From: an uncultured Gammaproteobacteria bacterium
Lineage (GTDB): Bacteria > Patescibacteriota > Patescibacteriia > Patescibacteriales > JAGXOH01
Direction of reading: 5' to 3'
NCBI GenBank assembly: GCA_964512155.1
Contig: CAZEHL010000003.1
Span: 1-33,616, forward strand
Length of the DNA: 33,616 bases
The translations under genes were made by a program, and so were the position numbers. The notes beneath the pieces are model-generated. The model worked only from the letters and a program-made list of their open reading frames with translations. It was not told where the DNA came from and made no database searches. The stretch's first letter is position 1. Every line of letters begins with the position of its first letter. Below are positions 1 through 6,509 of this stretch, in pieces.

Positions 1-188
1 AAAAAAATTCCTTGCAAAAGATATGCCCAAATTGGAATTGCTTAATTTAATATAACGTTATAAAATTCTTCCGTTGCAATTTGGGGTAAAATGCGGGTTA
101 CCGAGATTGACTTATAGATTGAATTGTGGCAATATTGAATTATCTTAAAAAGAAAAAGGAGACAAAAATATTTAACAAGGAGGAATTT

Positions 189-785
189 ATGAAGAAGGTC
201 AAAGAAACAGTCAATTTCATTTTTGAGCTTGCACAGCTAAAACGACAACGCCATGTCGGGTTTCAACTTATTGGGGTCAAGAATCCTGGCACTGTAGCTG
301 AACATGCTCTTCGGGCGGCTCAGATCGGATATATTTTGGCTGTTCAAGAAGGAGTTTCTCCGGAAAAAGTAACCACTATGTTGGTGATCCATGATAACGG
401 CGAGACCCGCATAGGGGATCAGCATAAAGTGGCCGCCAGATACTTTTCCACTAAGGGGATTGAAGAGCAAGCTGTCCGGGATCAATTATCCAATGTAGAG
501 GAAGGTGTTCAGAAGAAATGGTTTGCTTATTGGAAAGAATATGAAGAAAGGGATACGTTGGAAGGAGTGGTGGCCAAAGATGCGGATTGGTTGGAAATGG
601 CTTTCCAAGCTAAAGAGTACCTGGATATTGGATATGCGGGCGCCCAAGAATGGATAGACAATATAGAGAAGGCCCTGGAAACAGACACGGCCAAGAAAAT
701 ATTGGCGGAAATGAAAGAGACCACTTTTAGAGAGTGGTTCAAGGGGTTGAAAAAAATGACCTATAACAAATTGAATAAACAGTAA
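189..785 (+). CDS. HD-domain metal-dependent phosphohydrolase (YfbR-like 5'-deoxynucleotidase family)
   Basis: ORF 126..785. I prefer the in-frame ATG at 189 because AAGGAGGA sits at 177-184. The HD-superfamily ligand pattern is visible: AEHALRAAQ, VIHDNGETRIGD, AKDADWLE. Confidence 0.8.
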   Translation: MKKVKETVNFIFELAQLKRQRHVGFQLIGVKNPGTVAEHALRAAQIGYILAVQEGVSPEKVTTMLVIHDNGETRIGDQHKVAARYFSTKGIEEQAVRDQLSNVEEGVQKKWFAYWKEYEERDTLEGVVAKDADWLEMAFQAKEYLDIGYAGAQEWIDNIEKALETDTAKKILAEMKETTFREWFKGLKKMTYNKLNKQ

Positions 786-803
786 TTTAATATGAAACTT
801 TGT

Positions 804-835
804 AGCCGTCATCTTTTTCGGGTGGCGGCTTTTTC
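804..835 (+). terminator. Intrinsic terminator after the HD gene
   Basis: Stem AGCCGTCAT / GTGGCGGCT (includes G-U pairs), 9-nt loop, then a T run. It starts 19 nt after the stop codon. Confidence 0.6.
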
Positions 836-955
836 ATTGCGGTAGAGTCTTCCATCGAAAATTCCGCCAATATATAATATACAAAAAGAAGCGCCTCTTA
901 TATTTTTGCCCGTAGAGATTTCTTTAGAGGCGTTTCTATAGATGTTTTTATTAAA

Positions 956-984
956 TTGACCCAATACAAGCCGAATGGTAATAT
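956..984 (+). promoter_or_regulatory. Sigma70-like promoter with extended -10
   Basis: TTGACC (956-961), 17-nt spacer, TAATAT (979-984), preceded by TGg (976-978). AT-rich upstream tract. Confidence 0.55.
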
Positions 985-1108
985 TTAAATAAGCTGGTAT
1001 TTTCGACAGAGCTTTTTGCGGAGCTTTCGGCAGCGAAAGGCGGTCAATGTTTGGAGCCGCCTATCGGAGAGGGTGATAATTAAAATTTTTGTCCGCAAAG
1101 GAGGTTTT

Positions 1109-1252
1109 ATGAAAAAGTTGCCATCTTCTAACCCGCTTTTCCCGCAAGACAACGTAAGAGTGGCGGTCGGAGAAGTTTTAAACAAAGCATTTTCCCGGGT
1201 TGAAACCAAAAATGGCGGCAAAAACAAGAGGAGGAGCAAAAAGAAAAAATAA
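1109..1252 (+). CDS. Small (47 aa) very basic hypothetical protein
   Basis: ATG at 1109 is preceded by AAAGGAGG (1097-1104). It has its own promoter (956-984) and terminator (1286-1315). Translation: MKKLPSSNPLFPQDNVRVAVGEVLNKAFSRVETKNGGKNKRRSKKKK. No recognisable family. Confidence 0.35.
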   Translation: MKKLPSSNPLFPQDNVRVAVGEVLNKAFSRVETKNGGKNKRRSKKKK

Positions 1253-1285
1253 ACTTTTTCAAGCTGAATGTTTTGTCAAACAAAC

Positions 1286-1315
1286 ACCGTCGGCGTTATG
1301 ATCGGCGGTTTTTTA
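1286..1315 (+). terminator. Intrinsic terminator after the small ORF
   Basis: Stem ACCGTCG / CGGCGGT (one G-U pair), 10-nt loop, followed by a T run. Confidence 0.6.
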
Positions 1316-1376
1316 TTTTATAAATATCGGCTTTTAGCCGGAGCGTACTTTGTATTATAGATGCCAAGAAAAATAT

Positions 1377-1410
1377 TAAATGTTTCACACTGGTCAGTGT
1401 GAAACATTTA
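1377..1410. repeat. 34-nt palindromic element, family member 1
   Basis: TAAATGTTTCACACTG-GT-CAGTGTGAAACATTTA. Perfect arms with central dinucleotide GT. Confidence 0.85.
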
Positions 1411-1466
1411 GAGAAAAGATGATCTTTGCGCGAGTATAAGTTTTTTATAATTTCTGCGAAAATTGT

Positions 1467-1504
1467 TTAGTATTTTATCGGCCTCATAGGTTCGGCATCG
1501 TTTT
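1467..1504 (-). pseudogene. Relic 3' end of a PspC-domain/DUF2807-like gene paralogous to 6472..8274
   Basis: The minus-strand reading gives ...KNDAEPMRPIKY-stop, against ...QNDAEPEKPIKY-stop at the end of the intact gene. There is no long ORF upstream of it. Confidence 0.5.
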
Positions 1505-1564
1505 TCGTCGCAACAGAGCCTCTTATCAAGGACTCTGCCAATATATAGATACAGATGTTTTTTA

Positions 1565-1593
1565 TTGTTTTTAAAGATGGACAGTGGTAAAAT
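1565..1593 (+). promoter_or_regulatory. Sigma70-like promoter with extended -10 for the dehydrogenase gene
   Basis: TTGTTT (1565-1570), 17-nt spacer, TGg TAAAAT (1585-1593). It lies about 35 nt upstream of the ATG at 1629. Confidence 0.45.
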
Positions 1594-1628
1594 GAATATA
1601 ATTATCTAATTTTAATAAATGAATTCCT

Positions 1629-2783
1629 ATGAATAAAAAAATATTCATAATAATAGTTCTGGCGCTTATATTTTTAGCCTTGTTCTTGTTTCTTAGAGAG
1701 GATGAAGGTAAAGATGTTAGCGGTCCAACCCAAAAGATAACCGAAGAACAGTATCAAGATGGATCATCCCAAGATAAAAAGGATGGCGATGAGATGCCGG
1801 AACTCAGCGTGGTGGCTGATGATCTGGAAACGCCTTGGTCAATAGTCAAATTGCCCAATGGCAACTTTTTATTAACTGAGAGAAGAGGGCAGATAAGGTT
1901 GGTGGAGGCAAATGGTGATTCAGAGATCATTGAGGTTGTTGAAGAGGCTAAAGAAAATGGTGAAGGCGGTCTTCTGGGTATGGCCCTTCATCCTGAGTTT
2001 AAAGATAATGATCTGATCTATCTTTATTATACTTATCAAAATGAGGAGGGAGATAAAATAAATAAAGTTATCAGAGCCTCTTATGAGGACAATAATTTTA
2101 CTGACATAGAAACGATCATTAATGATATACCCGGGGCACTCTATCATAATGGCGGAAGGATAGCCTTTGGCCCTAATGGTCATTTATTTATCACAACCGG
2201 TGATGCTCAAAGAGCAGAAAAGGCTCAAGACACTGATTTCCTGGGAGGGAAAATATTAAGATTGAATGAGGATGGTAATGTGGTTCCCGGCAACCCTTTT
2301 GACAATGAAGTTTATTCTTACGGCCACAGAAATCCTCAGGGTATAGCTTGGGATGATAACGGTAATTTGTGGGCCACTGAACATGGTCGCTCCGCCACTG
2401 ATGAGCTTAATTTGATAAAAAAGGGCGCTAATTATGGTTGGCCGACGATCATCGGGAGTGAAGAAAAAGAGGGGATGGAAACTCCTGTTATCAATTCCGG
2501 GGTGGATGAGACCTGGGCACCCTCGGGGGTCGCTTATTATGATGAGAACATTTTCTTTGTCGGACTAAGAGGAAACACTCTATATCAAGCTAATATTGAA
2601 GATATTGATGATGTCACCCTAACGAAGCATTTTGCCGGAGAGTTCGGGCGGTTGAGGGATGTGATGGTGGATGATGATATTTTGTATTTTATTTCCAATA
2701 ATACTGATGGTAGAGGAAACCCTTCCGAAAATGATGATAAGCTATATAGATTGGATCTGGATAGGTTTTTGAGCGAAGAATAA
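1629..2783 (+). CDS. PQQ-dependent sugar dehydrogenase (soluble glucose/sorbosone dehydrogenase family), membrane-anchored
   Basis: N-terminal hydrophobic anchor. Family motifs present: GLLGMALHPEF, HNGGRIAFGPNGHLFITTGD, YGHRNPQGIAWD, GANYGWP. Confidence 0.85.
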   Translation: MNKKIFIIIVLALIFLALFLFLREDEGKDVSGPTQKITEEQYQDGSSQDKKDGDEMPELSVVADDLETPWSIVKLPNGNFLLTERRGQIRLVEANGDSEIIEVVEEAKENGEGGLLGMALHPEFKDNDLIYLYYTYQNEEGDKINKVIRASYEDNNFTDIETIINDIPGALYHNGGRIAFGPNGHLFITTGDAQRAEKAQDTDFLGGKILRLNEDGNVVPGNPFDNEVYSYGHRNPQGIAWDDNGNLWATEHGRSATDELNLIKKGANYGWPTIIGSEEKEGMETPVINSGVDETWAPSGVAYYDENIFFVGLRGNTLYQANIEDIDDVTLTKHFAGEFGRLRDVMVDDDILYFISNNTDGRGNPSENDDKLYRLDLDRFLSEE

Positions 2784-3005
2784 CAAGGGGGCGACCATTT
2801 ATTTTGTGACAATTTTTGTTCCTTGTCTGCGGACTCCCAATGACAAAAAGTACGGCCGTCTTAGGCTGTGTTTTTATGCATCCTTAAAGATGTTTTTGTT
2901 TAAAATTGTTCCAATGAAAGCCGGATGATGTTTAGTCAATATTGGCATTTTCGGCAGAGTCCCGGGTAAAGATTCTATCGCGATAGATCCGCTCTTATTA
3001 TAATA

Positions 3006-3722
3006 TCACTCCTTAAAATCATGATTTTTTTCGGGCGCAGACAGTTTTTTGGAGGTTTTTGTATCAAACTTTTCTATCGATTCAAGTTGTCTCTTTAATT
3101 CCTTTAAAAAAGAATCAACATCCATGTCTTGGCTATAATTTTGGATATTAAAAGAAACCTTGGAAAAAGCTTGCGCCTCCTTACCTATAGCCGAACTGGC
3201 TCTTTTCACCTTGTCCGAAACCTGTTGTCCGCTTTCCTCTCTGGCATTTATCCAATTCATTATCTCGGAATTATGCCGTGTAACATGTTCTCCGAAAAGT
3301 CCGCAAATATTTTGGGATAAGTCAATTATTGTTTGTGTTTTTTGACGGATCAATTTTTGTTCGGCCGAAAGTTGGACTTTCTTTTTTAGAAGGGTTATCA
3401 AAAAAACAATGATGAGGTAATTTATAGTAACCAAAATGGCATTGGCTATGAAAATGATGCCGGCTGTGAGATCATCAACTATTTGGTATTTTATACCGAC
3501 CGATATTTCGGCGTTTATCCAAACCAATAGACTTATTATAGCAATAAACAAACTGTGATTCGGGCCAATGAACCAAGCGGCCAAAACAATAGGTAAAAGG
3601 TAAAAAGCGGAAAAATCCAAGTATTCGCCGGTCGAAACATCCACAAACCCCAATCCAACAACCATTAACAAACAAGCGATAAATAGAAGATTAAATTTTT
3701 GTTTATTAACAAAATTAAGCAT
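3006..3722 (-). CDS. Integral membrane protein of unknown function (about 4 TM helices plus a soluble coiled C-terminal half)
   Basis: 238-aa ORF. The hydrophobic N-terminal half (FSAFYLLPIVLAAWFIG...) resembles DUF4118-type sensor membrane modules. I saw no kinase motifs. AAGGGA lies 4 nt upstream of the ATG. Confidence 0.6.
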   Translation of the reverse strand: MLNFVNKQKFNLLFIACLLMVVGLGFVDVSTGEYLDFSAFYLLPIVLAAWFIGPNHSLFIAIISLLVWINAEISVGIKYQIVDDLTAGIIFIANAILVTINYLIIVFLITLLKKKVQLSAEQKLIRQKTQTIIDLSQNICGLFGEHVTRHNSEIMNWINAREESGQQVSDKVKRASSAIGKEAQAFSKVSFNIQNYSQDMDVDSFLKELKRQLESIEKFDTKTSKKLSAPEKNHDFKE

Positions 3723-4027
3723 ATATGATCCCTTTATAGTTCAAATATATTGATATTATTTTTTAGTTCATTTTTTGAGAGGGCGCCATTTCAAATTGGA
3801 GAAAATATCGTATTAGATCTTGAACGCACCTTAATAAAATATCAGTCGCCGAACTTCTTGTCAAAATTTATCCATATCATCTTTTTTCGTCTCAGCGGAA
3901 TTTTTGCTGTTATATTGATATATCATTAATTATTGAATTAGTGTCTCCGCAGCATTGGCTTTTCGCTTATGCACAGTATTGACTTTTTTTCTAACACCGT
4001 CCACGACTTCGAGCCACGTAAAATCAT

Positions 4028-4058
4028 AAAAAAATCCCGCTATCAGCGGGATTTTTTT
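4028..4058. terminator. Bidirectional intrinsic terminator-like hairpin in a divergent intergenic region
   Basis: AAAAAAATCCCGC-TATCA-GCGGGATTTTTTT. GC-rich stem flanked by an A-run and a T-run. Confidence 0.6.
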
Positions 4059-4260
4059 ATGACCACGTGGCGCAGCCTCATAAAATTTTATAATTTGTTA
4101 TAGATTATTCAAAATAATATGCTGATTATTCATTTTACGTGCGTCGCGTGGAAAACAAAATGAGCTTAAGCGAATTGTGTTTTCTTTACGCGACCTATCT
4201 TCAAAGAATTATTTGGAGTAAAATTTATGTAAAGAGGCATCTCTGTACATTTTTATTTTG

Positions 4261-4284
4261 ATCTATAGAGATATCTCTATAGAT
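4261..4284. promoter_or_regulatory. Perfect 24-bp palindrome, candidate operator in the copB promoter
   Basis: ATCTATAGAGAT|ATCTCTATAGAT. It overlaps a putative -35 TTGATC (4258-4263) and the following spacer, 79 nt upstream of the copB ATG. Confidence 0.5.
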
Positions 4285-4362
4285 ATTACATGATGTATTT
4301 TAAATTTTAGACAAAAACAATAATAAACTGTAAGATAAAATTAAATATAATTTCTTAATGTT

Positions 4363-6384
4363 ATGGAACATCAACACCATCATCATCAAAATGATCATGC
4401 TTCCGGCCATGAGGATCATGGCGGACACGACACGCACGCCGGCCATTCCGTGGCCATGTTCAAAGACAGGTTTTTCCTGTCTTTATTGTTGACCGTGCCG
4501 ATCCTTGCCCTCTCTCCCATGATCCAACAGTTCTTTAATTTCAGTTTTGCCTTTACCGGGGACAAGTATATATTATTCTTGCTGTCCACGCTTATTTTTT
4601 TCTACGGTGGATGGCCGTTTTTGGCCGGAGCCAAAGATGAGATCAAAGGGAGGTCCATCGGCATGATGACCCTTATCGCCCTGGCCATCACTGTTGCCTA
4701 TATTTACAGCTCAGCAGTGGTGTTCGGCTTCCCGGGAAAAATGTTCTTCTGGGAGCTGGCGACCTTGATCATCATCATGCTTTTGGGCCACTGGATAGAG
4801 ATGCGGTCTGTTATGGGTGCTTCCATGGCCTTAGAGAAATTATCCGCCCTTATTCCGGACAATGCCAATTTATTGAAAGGGGATGAAGTGGTGAAAGTAA
4901 AATCCGGGGAATTAAAAGACGGGGATACCATTCTTATTAGGCCGGGGGAAAGGATCCCGGCTGACGGATATATTGTTAAAGGAGAGAGCTATGTTAACGA
5001 ATCCATGCTTACCGGCGAATCCAAACCGGTTTCCAAAACCAAAGAAGATGAGGTTATCGGAGGCTCTATAAACGGGGATGGCTCTCTTTATGTGAAGGTG
5101 GAAGGAGCGGGAGACGATTCTTATCTTTCTAAGGTGGTCGGCTTGGTCAAGCAAGCCCAGGAGTCAAAATCAAAAACCCAAAATTTGGCGGACAAGGCCG
5201 CTTTTTGGTTGACCGTTATCGCTATTTCAGTGGGTGTTATCACTTTTGTTAGTTGGCTGGCGGTCGGAGAAGAAGTCGCTTTTGCCATAGAAAGAATGGC
5301 CACGGTATTGGTTATCACTTGCCCCCATGCCTTGGGGCTGGCTATTCCTTTGGTGGTGGCCATATCCACCACTCTGTCCGCCCGAAACGGGATCTTGATC
5401 AGGAATAGGACCGCCTTTGAGAATTCCGGCCGGATCTCTACTGTTGTTTTTGATAAGACCGGCACTTTGACCCGGGGAGTTTTCGGAGTAAAGAATATTC
5501 ACCCCTTAAGCGACGGATATGATAAGGACAAGCTTTTGAGCTTTTTTGCCGGGTTGGAAAAGGATTCCGAACACCCCATCGGCAAAGCTGTAGTGGAGGA
5601 GGCGAAAAAAGAAGGTGTTTCTTTGGCCGGGGTTGATAATTTTCAGGCTATAAAAGGCAAAGGCGTGAAAGGAGTGGTAGAGGGCAAGAAAATGATCATT
5701 GCCGGTCCCGGGTATGTAGAGGAATTGGGTTTGGCCATACCTGAGAATATTAAAGGAGTAAAGAATACATTAGTATTTTTATTAGTAGAAGAGAAGCAAA
5801 AATACAACTTAGCCGGAGCCATTGATCTGGCCGACACTATACGGGACGAATCCTATGAAGCAGTGAAAAGATTAAAAAAGGAAGGTATAAAGATATGGAT
5901 GTTAACCGGGGATAATGAGAAAATAGCTCAAAACGTATCAGAGGAACTCGGACTGGATGGATATTTTGCCGGAGTTCTGCCGGAACAGAAACAAGAGAAA
6001 ATAAAAGAGCTTCAAAGTAAAGGAGAATTTACGGCCATGGTGGGGGACGGCATTAATGATGCTCCCGCTTTGGCGCAAGCGGATGTGGGTGTAGCCATCG
6101 GATCCGGCACGGATGTGGCCGCGGAGACGGCGGATATCATTCTAGTGAACAGCAATCCCAAGGATATCTCTTCACTCATCCTGTTCGGCAAAGCCACTTA
6201 CAGGAAAATGCTGCAGAACTTGGCCTGGGCCACCGGTTACAATGTCTTTGCTATTCCCTTGGCGGCCGGAGCTTTGGCGGTTTACGGCATCCTGCTTTCC
6301 CCCGCTTTGGGTGCGGTTTTAATGTCCCTTAGTACAGTGGTAGTGGCCATCAACGCCAAACTTTTAAAGGTGGAAAAATATTAA
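4363..6384 (+). CDS. copB: P1B-type heavy-metal (copper) translocating ATPase, CopB-like subgroup
   Basis: His-rich N-terminus MEHQHHHHQNDHASGHEDHGGHDTHAGH. TM6 has the CPH motif (ITCPHALGL). Also DKTGTLT, SEHP, GDGINDAPAL, and no CxxC ferredoxin-like metal-binding domain. Confidence 0.9.
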   Translation: MEHQHHHHQNDHASGHEDHGGHDTHAGHSVAMFKDRFFLSLLLTVPILALSPMIQQFFNFSFAFTGDKYILFLLSTLIFFYGGWPFLAGAKDEIKGRSIGMMTLIALAITVAYIYSSAVVFGFPGKMFFWELATLIIIMLLGHWIEMRSVMGASMALEKLSALIPDNANLLKGDEVVKVKSGELKDGDTILIRPGERIPADGYIVKGESYVNESMLTGESKPVSKTKEDEVIGGSINGDGSLYVKVEGAGDDSYLSKVVGLVKQAQESKSKTQNLADKAAFWLTVIAISVGVITFVSWLAVGEEVAFAIERMATVLVITCPHALGLAIPLVVAISTTLSARNGILIRNRTAFENSGRISTVVFDKTGTLTRGVFGVKNIHPLSDGYDKDKLLSFFAGLEKDSEHPIGKAVVEEAKKEGVSLAGVDNFQAIKGKGVKGVVEGKKMIIAGPGYVEELGLAIPENIKGVKNTLVFLLVEEKQKYNLAGAIDLADTIRDESYEAVKRLKKEGIKIWMLTGDNEKIAQNVSEELGLDGYFAGVLPEQKQEKIKELQSKGEFTAMVGDGINDAPALAQADVGVAIGSGTDVAAETADIILVNSNPKDISSLILFGKATYRKMLQNLAWATGYNVFAIPLAAGALAVYGILLSPALGAVLMSLSTVVVAINAKLLKVEKY

Positions 6385-6509
6385 ATGTTTCACACTGACC
6401 AGTGTGAAACATTTAGAGGAAGCATGATCTTTGCGCGAGTATAAGTCTTTTATAATTTCTACAAAAACTGTTTAGTATTTTATCGGCTTTTCAGGTTCGG
6501 CATCGTTTT
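6373..6509. repeat. Copy 2 of the ~137-bp duplication (partner at 1368..1504)
   Basis: It spans the last codons and stop of copB, the palindrome, the spacer, and the stop plus last ~12 codons of the minus-strand gene 6472..8274. Confidence 0.85.
6382..6415. terminator. 34-nt palindromic element, family member 2; putative bidirectional terminator between convergent genes
   Basis: TAAATGTTTCACACTG-AC-CAGTGTGAAACATTTA. It begins with the copB stop codon. The central dinucleotide AC is the reverse complement of GT in member 1. Confidence 0.6.

Larger units (their letters stand above)
1368..1504. repeat. Copy 1 of a ~137-bp segmental duplication (partner at 6373..6509)
   Basis: Gapless hand alignment at a constant offset of 5005 nt, with about 13 mismatches. 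The copy contains the palindrome, a conserved spacer and the last codons of a gene on the minus strand. Confidence 0.85.

Noticed and set aside
1017-1108. Assigning the leader to a known riboswitch class (purine, fluoride, preQ1, c-di-GMP, SAM-II)
   Set aside because: None of the conserved core sequences I remember for these classes is present. Only the generic three-way-junction shape fits, so I left it unclassified.
985-1239. 84-aa minus-strand ORF and the long form (1016..1252) of the plus-strand ORF
   Set aside because: Neither has a start context. The promoter, SD sequence and terminator are all oriented for the short plus-strand ORF starting at 1109, and the upstream part folds as a leader.
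4287-4297. TACATGATGTA as a CopY-type cop box
   Set aside because: The cop box as I recall it is TACAnnTGTA with a 2-nt spacer. Here the spacer is 3 nt, and no CopY gene is present. I kept it only as context for the 24-bp palindrome.
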